From positions 11,061 through 75,060 of the forward strand of contig CAVQJU010000006.1 of NCBI GenBank assembly GCA_963712905.1: DNA of 64,000 nt. The letters run 5' to 3'. The translations under genes and the position numbers were made by a program. The notes beneath the pieces were generated by a model. The model did not search any database, was not told the origin of the DNA, and saw only the letters and a list, made by a program, of their open reading frames with translations. How positions within the stretch are numbered: position 1 is the first letter of the stretch; each line of letters begins with the position of its first letter. This document shows, piece after piece, positions 51,943-61,571 of the stretch. The stretch is from an uncultured Acidobacteriota bacterium (GTDB lineage Bacteria > Acidobacteriota > Vicinamibacteria > Vicinamibacterales > CAVVIG01).

Positions 51943-52452
51943 ATGAGGCACGGCGGCTCAATTGCTTTTCTTGTTGCCGCGGTCCTAGCCGGCTGCGCTC
52001 GACCGATTCGCACGGGGACACTTATCGATCGGTACAACGGAGCGACCTGCATACCGGTGAGATTTGGTCCCGGAATCAAACCTCCAACGCGTACATGGGA
52101 TGACATACTGAAACTGAGGAGTGGTGCCAGCGCACACGTGGTCGGGGCGCAGCTGCCCGGTGGCCGCATCGATGTGGAATACCCTCCGGACGGACAAACA
52201 CGGACCGCGGCGAATGCGGGGGACTACATTTATCCGGCCGACGTCCGTTTCGACCAAACGGCCGACCTTTTGTACGTAAAAGCCAAGGGGGCTCCGGCAG
52301 CCTTTGGCGGACCACAGACATGGCTCTTCGAATACGATTTGCGACACGACGGCAAACCGGACGTGTCCTGGTCGATCCAGACGTGCTACCTCAAGAATGC
52401 CCGGAAACACCGTAAAGTCGGGTGCTGGCTGACGGCTGCAAACGCTGGTTAG
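51943..52452 (+). CDS. Hypothetical lipoprotein
   Basis: Lipobox LAGC; lower GC. Confidence 0.6.
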   Translation: MRHGGSIAFLVAAVLAGCARPIRTGTLIDRYNGATCIPVRFGPGIKPPTRTWDDILKLRSGASAHVVGAQLPGGRIDVEYPPDGQTRTAANAGDYIYPADVRFDQTADLLYVKAKGAPAAFGGPQTWLFEYDLRHDGKPDVSWSIQTCYLKNARKHRKVGCWLTAANAG

Positions 52453-52482
52453 CTGGCTCGTCTTGGAGCCTGGCAGTCTTTA

Positions 52483-52986
52483 TTAGGCTGCTCCGGGCAT
52501 CTGTTTGCAATGGTGGCGAGTGTGCAACGCCGAAAACCTCACGAAGTCTTCAACCGACACCGTACCGAAACCGGTGCTCATGACGTGTTGGCCACTGTCG
52601 GCCCGTCTGCGACATTCCTTATCGAACCTGGCGAGCGCCTCTTCCAGGCGGACGCGCGCCTGAGCCGGGGTGGCCGGTCCGCTGGCAGGGTCCATCGCCT
52701 TGTGGGCCTTCCACCCCTTCGGAAACACGCCCTTCTTCAAGATCCGCTTGAAGTACAGCCTGAGCAGCGGGCGCAGGAAAGCGGGGGGCATCGGGATCGA
52801 CGGAGCCCCAGAAACGATGTTGGCCGCTTCTTCCACGCCACGCGTCACATGCTCCACGACCTGGCTCGGCGACCATTTCCCCGGCGCGCGCGGCGTAGTC
52901 CAGGTCGCCGCTGATCTGTCCGCCGCCGCGAGCAGGTCGATGAAGGCGGCGCGATTGGCCGCAAGCGCGTCATTGACATCAGCCAT
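52483..52986 (-). CDS. DinB family protein
   Basis: GKWSPSQVVEHV...LHTRHHCKQM; RBS GGAGG. Confidence 0.85.
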   Translation of the reverse strand: MADVNDALAANRAAFIDLLAAADRSAATWTTPRAPGKWSPSQVVEHVTRGVEEAANIVSGAPSIPMPPAFLRPLLRLYFKRILKKGVFPKGWKAHKAMDPASGPATPAQARVRLEEALARFDKECRRRADSGQHVMSTGFGTVSVEDFVRFSALHTRHHCKQMPGAA

Positions 52987-53043
52987 GGGGCCTCCAGTGC
53001 GTGAACCGGCAATCGACTGAAATGATCTGCCACCTTCTGTCGC

Positions 53044-53241
53044 TTAGTCTGACTTGGGCCCTCCTCGCGCCTTTCTCCGCATACGAATGAGTTGGGCCGT
53101 CGCCACGGCTCCCATCGCGACCGGGACGAGACTTACTTTTTCGTGGTTCACGACGGCCAGACTAGTCGCGACCACAAGACAGCCAATCGCGACGCTCAGC
53201 AAGACGACGCCGATACGACTGCCCTGGTTCGGCTGGCTCAT
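53044..53241 (-). CDS. Small two-TM protein
   Basis: MSQPNQGSRIGVVLLSVAIG...; hydrophobic hairpin with basic tail. Confidence 0.5.
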   Translation of the reverse strand: MSQPNQGSRIGVVLLSVAIGCLVVATSLAVVNHEKVSLVPVAMGAVATAQLIRMRRKARGGPKSD

Positions 53242-53325
53242 ACGATCCCCATGCGGCTTATTCAGCTCGCCCCTCACCCTGAGCCGCTTTGCCGGGTGAT
53301 TTCGCATTGCCAGGTAAGGAGACAC

Positions 53326-53439
53326 GTGAGCACAAAGATCATGAAGCGTGACTGGTTCGAGATTCTTGTAATCGGCCTCGAGATCGCCATCATCCTCGCC
53401 GCTGCCGCCCTGGTGTACGCGGTGTTCCAGGCCAACTAG
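53326..53439 (+). CDS. Small single-TM protein
   Basis: RBS AAGGAG + GTG; KRDWFEILVIGLEIAIILAAAALVYAVF. Confidence 0.5.
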   Translation: MSTKIMKRDWFEILVIGLEIAIILAAAALVYAVFQAN

Positions 53440-53511
53440 TTCTCCTCGCTTTTCGTGGCGACCCTCGATAGCCAGCCGCCGCACCCCTCCCCGTCGAAAC
53501 GCCAAGGGCGG

Positions 53512-53818
53512 CTAGCGCAGCTGAAACGGCGGCGTATCGGGTCTGAGCCAGGCCCACGCGCGGCCAAGATTCATGAACACCTTGACCTCGAACGGGAGAC
53601 CTTGCGACCGAACCAGCTGGCCGAACGTCCGTGCGATGGCGAACGTGATCGGCTGCCGTCACGTCCGTGAAGTCGATGAGCGCGTCGGTGCAGTTCTCGT
53701 ACTGTGGCTCCCGGAGCCACGCCAGCATGGCGCTCATCCGCTCGCGTTGCGTGGTCACGCCCTGGCCGCGAATGTATAACAGACCGATGTCCGCGTAGAT
53801 GTCGTACCCGAGCGGCAT
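53512..53818 (-). pseudogene. Internally deleted inverted paralog of the 54619 STAS/SEC14-like gene
   Basis: Matches both ends of 54619-55020 but lacks about 33 codons in the middle and shifts frame near 53655. Confidence 0.85.
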
Positions 53819-54391
53819 CCCCGTAGCATAAATCAGGACGCAAGACACCGAAGTTGCGAAGCGGATCGGGCGGCTGAAGTTCTCGGTCCAGGGCCGACGT
53901 ATCAATTCGACGCCTTCTCGTACCTGGCCGTCAGGATCCAGTACGTCGAATCGTCGGCGATCTCGGACAGGGCTCCCCGGCAGGCCAATGTTCTTCCAGG
54001 TCCCTTCGAGCGCCGGATCCATGACGTCCTTGTCCCCGGTCGCGCGTTGCGCAGCCGTACTCGTGCTGTGCTGAATAAGCCGGTCGCTCCGCAGATAATC
54101 AGGCAGAGCCAATCCCGATGTCGAATCTCGATTCAACACGCGAAGCATTCAAGCGGCCGTTCGATGTCGAGACGTCCGCCTTGGATCGGTTGGTGAGCGG
54201 CTGCACTGGTCCCTGATTCGGTTCCCGATCCCACTCGAGTCGTAAGCCCATCCATCGACCTGAGCAGTGTGAACGCAATTTCTGTCCGGCTCTCCTTATG
54301 TACGGTATCGTACAGACAGGCCTGAGAGCCCCCGCCGGGACAGCACATCGCGTCCTGGTTGCTCGCCCTCATACCCATATGGGAGCGAGCC

Positions 54392-54550
54392 ATGCCGGAA
54401 TCAGAAGATCGTTCCAGCCACGACGCGGCCTGTCCGAAGTGCCCGCCCGGCGCGTCCAAGCCTGTCGTCATCGTTGAACGATTCGGCGTCAAAACGTTCT
54501 TCTGCGCCGAGTGTGAGCACGTCTGGGAAGAACGGTCCGGGCAAAGATAG
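54392..54550 (+). CDS. Small zinc-ribbon protein
   Basis: CPKC...FFCAECEHVW; RBS GGGAG. Confidence 0.6.
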   Translation: MPESEDRSSHDAACPKCPPGASKPVVIVERFGVKTFFCAECEHVWEERSGQR

Positions 54551-54618
54551 CGCCCGCCGCTCTTCTCCTGTCGGCCCCGCGAGCCCGCGGGAACTGCGCC
54601 GTGATTTATGCTATCGGC

Positions 54619-55020
54619 ATGTCGCTCGGGTTCGACATCTACGAGGACATCGGCCTCCTCTACATTCGTGGCCAGGGCGAGATCACGCAAAGCCAGCGGA
54701 TGAACGCCATGCTGGCGTGGCTCCGCGATCCAAAGTACGAGGGCTGCACCGACGCGCTCATCGACCTGGCCGACGTGAAGACGACGCCAAAGGTCGGCGA
54801 AATGCGTGAACTGATCGCGATGCTCAAGCAGCAGATGCCGGCCCGGGGCCCGCGACGGCTGGCCGTGGTCACGTCAAAGCCGATCACGTTCATCGTCGCG
54901 CGGACGTTCGAGCATCTGGTCAGGTCGCGAGGCCTCAGGTTCGAAGTCAAGGTGTTCATGAACCTTGGCCGGGCCTGGGCCTGGCTCAGGCCCGACGCGC
55001 CGCCGTTTCAGCTGCGCTAG
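54619..55020 (+). CDS. STAS/SEC14 (SpoIIAA-like) domain protein
   Basis: LIDLADV...RLAVVT...VKVF...AWAWL; TATGCT -10 just before ATG suggests a leaderless start. Confidence 0.7.
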   Translation: MSLGFDIYEDIGLLYIRGQGEITQSQRMNAMLAWLRDPKYEGCTDALIDLADVKTTPKVGEMRELIAMLKQQMPARGPRRLAVVTSKPITFIVARTFEHLVRSRGLRFEVKVFMNLGRAWAWLRPDAPPFQLR

Positions 55021-55054
55021 CCGCTCGCGGAATCCAGCCGGCCCAGTCCCCAGC

Positions 55055-56124
55055 TCACGGTCGTACGGCTTCGATGGCATCGAACGCCACGACCGATCCC
55101 GTGCCGTCCACCAGGGCGAAGAACGTCGTGACCTGCCCGCCCGGAGGCAGCGTGACGTTCAACAACGTCGCATTCGAGATGGCCACCGGCGGCGCGACTA
55201 AAAGCGGCGCAGGCGTCGTGCTCAGGCCGGTCGGCGTCACCCACAGCAGCTGGTTGTTCACGACCAGCCCCCAGAACCACGACACCGGCGCCGTGAAAGA
55301 CGATGCGCTGATGTCGAGCGTCAGCAGCATCGGCCCGGTCGTCGTGACGACCGGCGGCGCCGGATGCTGACCGTTGACTCTCAGCGTGACCGTTGGCGTC
55401 GCCGGGACGCGGTCGTATCCGACGACATCGAGAGCATTCAGCTCCACGCTCAACGCAGGATTGGCGCCACTGGTCGTTCCGTTGATCGAGAAAAAGGCCA
55501 GGCTGTTCGCCGCGGTGAACGACCGCGTATTGACCGCGCTGTACCGGTACAGATCCTGCGGGAATATCGTACCGGCGGGTACTGACGGAAGCGACGAACC
55601 GAGGCCCAGCACCTCATCGATCTCGTGTTCGACGACAGGCAGCAGGTTGAACGTGCCCGTCGAGCCGGGACTGCCGGGGCTGGTAATCGTAGTGTTGAGA
55701 CCGATGAATCCGTCAGGCTGGCCGGGAGGCGGATTGACATTGATTCCGACGGCTCTGAGGTTGGCGGTCTTGACGTTGATCGTTGTCGTCCCGTTGACGG
55801 GATTCGTCGCCACATTCGGCAGGAGTCCCACAGCGGTCGCGTCGTCGCCCGTCTTCGCATCGCCTTTCAGCGCCGCGAGGAACGTGGCGTAAGACTAAGG
55901 TCGCGAAGAACGTCGAGCTCGAACCCAGCCCGCCGGCCTTCTGGAACGTGATGTTGACGGTGATCGGATCCGAGAACCGCGACTCGATGTTCGCGATCGC
56001 GCCGTTGATCGCGGCCTCGATGGCCGCCGCGTTGGGATCGCTCGTGATGGACACGTCGAACGTCGGGTTGATATGCAGGCCGGCCGAAACCGCTTGCGGA
56101 GCGCCGGGCTCCGGCGCTGTGCAC
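55055..56124 (-). pseudogene. NF038122-like zinc metalloprotease, 5' truncated, frameshifted and internally deleted
   Basis: LHINPTFDVSITSDPNAAAIEAAI, EHEIDEVLGLGS, DLYRYS, FFSINGTT directly joined to GANPALSVELNALDVVGYD. Confidence 0.7.
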
Positions 56125-56127
56125 TCC

Positions 56128-56400
56128 TTACTCCGCGCTGAGCTTCGCGATATTCGCGCTCGCCGTGTCCGTGACTCGATCGATTGCCGCGTACAGGTCC
56201 TTCGCCTGGCCGTTCAGTTTGTCGGCGTCCGATTTCAGGCTCGCCGCAGCGCCGGCACGAATGGCTTCGACTTGCGTTTTGGCGCTCTTGATCAATTGTT
56301 CGATCTGTTTGACGCCTTCGTCCTGAGCCCGCGCAGCCCCGGTTCCCGCGATAAACATCGCGACGCTCGCCATCGCTGTCGAGAAATGACGTGGCCTCAT
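56128..56400 (-). pseudogene. In-frame deletion derivative (90 aa) of the adjacent DUF2959 gene
   Basis: Near-identical to both ends of 56840-57481; 123 central codons missing at QVEAIR|AGAAASL. Confidence 0.88.
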
Positions 56401-56635
56401 GAACGGCAAGGCCATTTCAGACGCGCGCCTTCGCCGACAGGCGGCAGGCTCTCGAATTGCAGCTCGAAACATCCTCCAGTGTCATGACTTTTGTCACTCC
56501 AGCCGAAGACTTCTTAATCCGCGATATTCCGCGCATGTTCACCGTAAAACATCAGCATCACTTGGCGTCACTTTGTGTATAGTTGAGCCGTTCGTCACTC
56601 ATGACTTTCGGCTTGTCAAACGAAAGAAGGTTGGA

Positions 56636-56833
56636 ATGCGTCTCGTCATCGCGATGTTGGGTGCGACGGTTCTTCTCGCGTTCTTGAGCGTGGCGCCAGT
56701 CCAAGCAGAGTGCGACCCGCTACGCCCCGGTTGCGTTCCCGTCACCCGCACGCCAGAACCCGCTACGCTGCTGTTGATCGGCACCGGCGCGCTGGTCACT
56801 GGTGTCGTGCGATATCGGCGCAACAAGAAGTAG
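56636..56833 (+). CDS. Minimal PEP-CTERM protein
   Basis: Signal peptide (VQA), ECDPLRPGCVPVTR, then TPEPATLLLIGTGALVTGVVRYRRNKK. Confidence 0.8.
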   Translation: MRLVIAMLGATVLLAFLSVAPVQAECDPLRPGCVPVTRTPEPATLLLIGTGALVTGVVRYRRNKK

Positions 56834-56839
56834 CTCGCA

Positions 56840-57481
56840 CTACTCCGCGCTGAGCTTCGCGATATTCGCGCTCGCCGTCTCCGTGACCCGATCGATTGCC
56901 GCGTACAGGTCCTTCGCCTGGCCGTTCAGTTTGTCGGCGTCCGATTTCAGGCTCGCCGCGGCGCCGGCGTTCAGATCGTGACCCAGATAGGTCACCTGGT
57001 CCTGCAACGTCTTCATCATCGGCGCGTAGATGTCAGCGGCCTTCTGGCCTGTCTGCCGCAGCTCGGTGAAGCGGTCCTGCGTCCTCTTCAGCCGCTGCTG
57101 GCTGCGGTCCCGCAGTTCCGGGCTCTGGATCGCGGCCGTCGTACCTTCCCAGCTCTTGAACAGCTTGTCCGCTTCGACGTTCATCTCCCTGCTGCGAGTC
57201 GCCACGTCCGCCCGTTTCTTCTCCGACGTCGCCATCTCCTTCTGCAGGGACTTGTACGCGTCGCGGCGATCTTTCACGTCTGGAGCGAGGACCGCGTTGT
57301 AGGCTGTCATCGTTTTCTCCAGCTGCTGCCTGGCATCGCGAATGGCTTCGACTTGCGTTTTGGCGCTCTTGATCAATTGTTCGATCTGTTTGACGCCTTC
57401 GTCCTGAGCCTGCGCAGCCCCTGTTGCCGCGATGAACATCACGACGCTCGCCATCGCTGTCGAGAAATGGTGCGGTCTCAT
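56840..57481 (-). CDS. DUF2959-like exported coiled-coil protein
   Basis: LFKSWE...IQSPELR..S...LQDQVTYLGHDLNAGAAASLK; RBS AAGGAG. Confidence 0.8.
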   Translation of the reverse strand: MRPHHFSTAMASVVMFIAATGAAQAQDEGVKQIEQLIKSAKTQVEAIRDARQQLEKTMTAYNAVLAPDVKDRRDAYKSLQKEMATSEKKRADVATRSREMNVEADKLFKSWEGTTAAIQSPELRDRSQQRLKRTQDRFTELRQTGQKAADIYAPMMKTLQDQVTYLGHDLNAGAAASLKSDADKLNGQAKDLYAAIDRVTETASANIAKLSAE

Positions 57482-57661
57482 GTCACAACTCCTTTGGTCG
57501 CGCTCGCGGACGGTCGCGAAAGCTCCTAACCGTACTTCGCGAAAAAGAGGTAATCAATAGCTGAAAGGGGCAGAGCTACGCCGGTGCCGGATCTCCGTCC
57601 GTTGTTGCTGCTGAGTTCCAGTCCGCCCTACCTGATCGCGCGCGTCAGAGGAACAGGCGGA

Positions 57662-57763
57662 ATGTCCTTCAGTCACATTAGCCGCGACTCCATCATGGTC
57701 GCCGCTCTGCTGGGATTCATCGTCGGCTTCGCCTGGGAGTGGTACCGACTCCGATCCGCCTGA
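57662..57763 (+). CDS. Small single-TM protein (33 aa)
   Basis: MSFSHISRDSIMVAALLGFIVGFAWEWYRLRSA*, read manually. Confidence 0.4.
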   Translation: MSFSHISRDSIMVAALLGFIVGFAWEWYRLRSA

Positions 57764-57812
57764 CGGCACGCGGCGCTGGCGCCGGGCGGCCTTCGCAGGT
57801 AGATTAGTGTCA

Positions 57813-58175
57813 ATGCCGATCACCGTACAGCACGAAAGCGCAAATATCTATCGATTGGACGTGAGCGGGCGGTTGGGCAAGCCCGAGTTCGATCGCAGTC
57901 AGGAGTCGCTCTCGGCGGAGATCCGCCGCATCGGCCGCGTCAGGCTCCTCTTCGTCCTGTCGCAGTTCGAGGGCTGGGAGCAGAATCCGAACTGGGGCGA
58001 CCTGAGCTTCTACGTGGCCCACGGCGATTCGATCGACCGCATCGCCATCGTCGGCGACGAAAAATGGCGAAACGAGACGATGATGTTCGCGTCCGCGGAT
58101 CTGCGACGCGCGCCCGTGGAGTTCTTCTCCTCGCAGGACGCGCTCGCCGAGGCGCGCGCCTGGCTGAACGCGTGA
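57813..58175 (+). CDS. STAS/SEC14 (SpoIIAA-like) domain protein
   Basis: VSGRL...FEGWE...RIAIVGDEKW...EARAWL. Confidence 0.88.
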   Translation: MPITVQHESANIYRLDVSGRLGKPEFDRSQESLSAEIRRIGRVRLLFVLSQFEGWEQNPNWGDLSFYVAHGDSIDRIAIVGDEKWRNETMMFASADLRRAPVEFFSSQDALAEARAWLNA

Positions 58176-58178
58176 GCG

Positions 58179-58871
58179 TCAGAAGCGCACAACAGGCCCG
58201 ACACTGAGCTCGAACTGTTGCGCCGCTGGTCCCGTAAGGACAACGATACAACCGCCGACTCCGACCACGCCGCACGCCCATGAACTGACTTCCGGGGCAA
58301 TCAGGATTGGCAGCCACTTCGCCTCGGCCTTTATCGCGAAGTGGGAGCCCAGGAACTGCTTCAATCCGGTGCCGAGACCGAACGAGAAGCGCGTGAAGCC
58401 GTCGTGCGCAGCGGCAATGTGCGTGGCGCCGATGCTGCCCGTCAGAAACGTTCGGAGACCTTTGACTTCGGGAATGAACCACTCGCGCGTGAAATCCCCG
58501 TGAAACTGGTCCAGCGTGACGTCGCCCAGCGACGCGCCCACAAACCCTAACGGCGCGTCGAACCGCAGCGTCGACACCGACCGCGTCCATCGAAATTCAA
58601 TCAGGGACAACTCATCGAACCGGAAGCCCGCTGCCAAGCCGTAGCTCGAGGCGTCTTTCCAGGAGGCTTGAGTCTGCGGCGGCTGGTCCCCCCGCACATC
58701 GAACGTCCCTCCGAACCTGAGGCCGACAAACGGCGTCACCTCGAACGAGTCGATCTGGACATACTGCGCTCGCGCTGGTGTCGCGAGCGCCAGCAGGGCC
58801 AGGAGCGCCTGGACCGTCAGGCAAGCGGTCCGTCCTTTCGACCGCACGCCATGGATGAGTCCGAACGGCAT
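58179..58871 (-). CDS. Outer-membrane beta-barrel protein
   Basis: FEVTPFVGLRFGG, alternating beta strands, terminal Phe. Confidence 0.8.
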   Translation of the reverse strand: MPFGLIHGVRSKGRTACLTVQALLALLALATPARAQYVQIDSFEVTPFVGLRFGGTFDVRGDQPPQTQASWKDASSYGLAAGFRFDELSLIEFRWTRSVSTLRFDAPLGFVGASLGDVTLDQFHGDFTREWFIPEVKGLRTFLTGSIGATHIAAAHDGFTRFSFGLGTGLKQFLGSHFAIKAEAKWLPILIAPEVSSWACGVVGVGGCIVVLTGPAAQQFELSVGPVVRF

Positions 58872-59255
58872 GTTGTTAGGTTACACCGGCGAGCTGAGCA
58901 GTGAGGGCGTCGCTGCTCACAAATGCCAGCAAGCCTTGCCGGCGCCACAACTGTAACGAGCATTACGTTTTGGAGACCGGTAGATCGCTCCTCTCCAAGT
59001 CGCAGATCTACTGCGCAGGCTCATATTGCATCGATAGTGAATTCGCTCGACGGACTTCTCGTGCTCGTACGAGCGAAGTCATCGGCGACGCGAGACACAC
59101 GCGATTTGGTCGAGCTGTGCTACGGAGGAGCTTGCGTGAGATTTGTTTCCGGTCAAGATCTCTTCCGTGGTGGCGCGCGCGTTGCGTACCGCCAGCTCGG
59201 ACTTCTCGCGCAGCGCAACCACTACAGCGCAGCTGACAGGCTAGAAGAGTCGTTT

Positions 59256-60016
59256 ATGAATTGCCCGCGACTACTGGCAATCGTGTCCAGGCGCGGCGCA
59301 CTGACATTGATGTCGGTGCTGCTGGCCGGCGGCGTTCTGGCCGGCTCCACGCCGCTGAACGTGATCACCTGGAATATCAAGATCAACGACAACTCCGAAT
59401 CGCACGCGCGAACGGCGATGGATCTGCTGCTCGCGACCGCGCCGCAGCCGGAAGTCATCGTGATTTGCAGCAGAGGACCGGCCGGACCTGGCAGGGCGCG
59501 TTCGCGACACACTGCGCGCCGAACAACTGGAATGGAGTGTGTGCGTCACGCCGTGGTACCAGGGCATCGGCATCTTCACCACCCACACGCTCACGAGCAG
59601 CAGTTCGACGCTCTTTCCTTTCCCGGACTGCTGGACTTCAGCGCGGGTGGGCCTGCGGGCCGCGATCGATGTCGCAACTGAAGGCGTGGGCGGGCAACTA
59701 CTCGCAGCCGCAAATCGTGGCCGGCGACTTCAACGCCGACATGGATCAGATCGACACGACGCTCGGCATGCTTCCCAACTTCGCCGATTCGTGGCCGATT
59801 GTGGGTTCCGGCCGCGGCTTCACGGCCTTTACTCCGAGTCCGACGATGAAGCTCGACTACTGGTTCTCGGATGCGGGCGGCCGCGCCCAGCCGACATCCA
59901 CGGCCGTGGTCACCTCGACAGGAACGGTGTCAGACCATTATCCCGTCCAGACCACGTTCGCGATTCAGCCCGGCGGACCGCCGTCCGCAGTCAAGGGTTT
60001 GCGGATAGTGCCGTAG
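59256..60016 (+). pseudogene. Endonuclease/exonuclease/phosphatase family protein broken by internal deletions
   Basis: VITWNI, IVAGDFN, LDYWF, SDHYPV present over three frames; QE motif and central strand/His missing. Confidence 0.78.
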
Positions 60017-60025
60017 CTCAGCCCG

Positions 60026-60664
60026 CTAGTCGCCGCCACTGCCCTTGAACTGGTCGTCCTCGTCCGCGAAGAGGACGTTGAAGCTGGTCAGCGAACCGTA
60101 GCAGCCGCTCACGTAGCTCTGGAGCTTCACCTTCGCCGAGTCGGGTAGGTCGGAGGCGTTGACCTGCTGCTCGAGGGTGCGAAGCCGGTTCCGCAGCATG
60201 ACGACCTTGTGGAAGAACGTCTCGATGGGCCACGTCTTCTCCTGCAGCCCCGCGGTACCGGGACGCAGCACGAGCGTGCCGCCGCGCCATTTGTCGGCCG
60301 GCACGACCGGGGTGATGCCGGTTTCCTCGCGGATGATCCGCCGCAGCAGCACTTCGAGATCCGCCGGCGCCTGGCTCCCGGTCATGTCTGTTGTCCTCTC
60401 GCGATCGCTGACGATGGGAAACGGTGCCCGGTTCGAGGGCGCGCGACGCGCCTCGGGCGCCGCAGCGGAGGATGCCGGCGGCCGTGACGCCGCGCCTGCC
60501 GGGCCGCCGCGATAGTTGTGCTCGCTGTGGCAATACCCGCACACGACGCGGATGGGCACGCCGTCTGCGTCGACCGCGATCACGGTGTGCAGGCGGTCCG
60601 CCTTGCACGCGCGGCAGATGTCTTCGAGGGATTCGCCGGCTCGGTACGCGCGGGTCAATGGCAT
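60026..60664 (-). CDS. Conserved hypothetical protein with N-terminal zinc ribbon
   Basis: CRACK..R.H...CGYCHSEHNY; TFFHKVVMLRNRLRTLEQ...YGSLTSFNVLF. Confidence 0.82.
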   Translation of the reverse strand: MPLTRAYRAGESLEDICRACKADRLHTVIAVDADGVPIRVVCGYCHSEHNYRGGPAGAASRPPASSAAAPEARRAPSNRAPFPIVSDRERTTDMTGSQAPADLEVLLRRIIREETGITPVVPADKWRGGTLVLRPGTAGLQEKTWPIETFFHKVVMLRNRLRTLEQQVNASDLPDSAKVKLQSYVSGCYGSLTSFNVLFADEDDQFKGSGGD

Positions 60665-60975
60665 CGCGCGAGTATTGTAGCGAACCAATCCCCTCGACCA
60701 GCCGTCTCAGCGCTCGGACGTTCGATGTCGTCGCTGCTGTTCTGCGTGGAGCCGCTTGATCCGCTGACCTTTGCCGCCGCGACGACTAGCCTGATGGACG
60801 GCAGTCGCCGCGCCACGCCCCCCAAGCCCACTCGTATCCCCGCCTCGTGCCCCGCATGGCGACGGCGTCGCACGACCGCTCCTTTCGAATGTCAAGGGGA
60901 GCTGGATATTGCACAGTTTCCAACGGCAGAGATTGACCCGCCGGGGAACCGGCACTTACAGTTGAGCTCCGACGA

Positions 60976-61158
60976 ATGGCCACCCGCAAGCGACGCCCGG
61001 CGCCGTCGCGACGCAAGAAGCAGCCGCCACCGACGCCGCCGTGCCCGGCGTGCGGCAGTGTCGGGGTCATTCCCGTGAACACGTCCCCACGATTCATGAC
61101 CGCGTGGTATTCCTGTGCGGTCTGCTATCACGTGTGGAGCGTGCTGAAGGAGAAGTGA
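60976..61158 (+). CDS. Small basic zinc-ribbon protein
   Basis: CPACGS...YSCAVCYHVW. Confidence 0.55.
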   Translation: MATRKRRPAPSRRKKQPPPTPPCPACGSVGVIPVNTSPRFMTAWYSCAVCYHVWSVLKEK

Positions 61159-61550
61159 CGCTCGAACATCCAGACATTGTCCTGGTCGCGGCCACCACCG
61201 CGGATCTGTTCAGACCATCGAAGGCGGCGTCCCTCATCGAGCAGCTCGTAACGGAAGGACATCGCCCACTGAGCGTCCGGGCTCCGCGACTCGCAGGACA
61301 TGACCAGAATGTCTCCATCCCAGTAGAGACGCGTCAGTTCCCGTTCGCCAGCGATCTCTTTTCCATCCGTGAGGCCCTCTCCGGCATGTTCGACGGGTCG
61401 ATCGCCGGCAACCATCCGGAGCTGGAAGCGAAAGACCGGGTCGTGGTGTTCGATGCGCAGGACGCCGCTCTGAAACGCAGCGGCGTTGGCGCTGAGCGCG
61501 CTCGCCTGCCGGTCCAGAATCCACTCGCCCGATAAATCGGGTTTCATCAC
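61128..61550 (-). CDS. Hypothetical beta-barrel-like protein
   Basis: KPDLSGEWILD...VWMFER; RBS GAGG. Confidence 0.7.
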   Translation of the reverse strand: MMKPDLSGEWILDRQASALSANAAAFQSGVLRIEHHDPVFRFQLRMVAGDRPVEHAGEGLTDGKEIAGERELTRLYWDGDILVMSCESRSPDAQWAMSFRYELLDEGRRLRWSEQIRGGGRDQDNVWMFERHFSFSTLHT

Positions 61551-61571
61551 GATTCCTCACTGTTCCGCGCG

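Noticed and set aside
60720-60800. MSSLLFCVEPLDPLTFAAA, resembling an ABC/ADOP permease C-terminus
   Set aside because: Only about 20 codons; plausible relic but too short to support as a feature.
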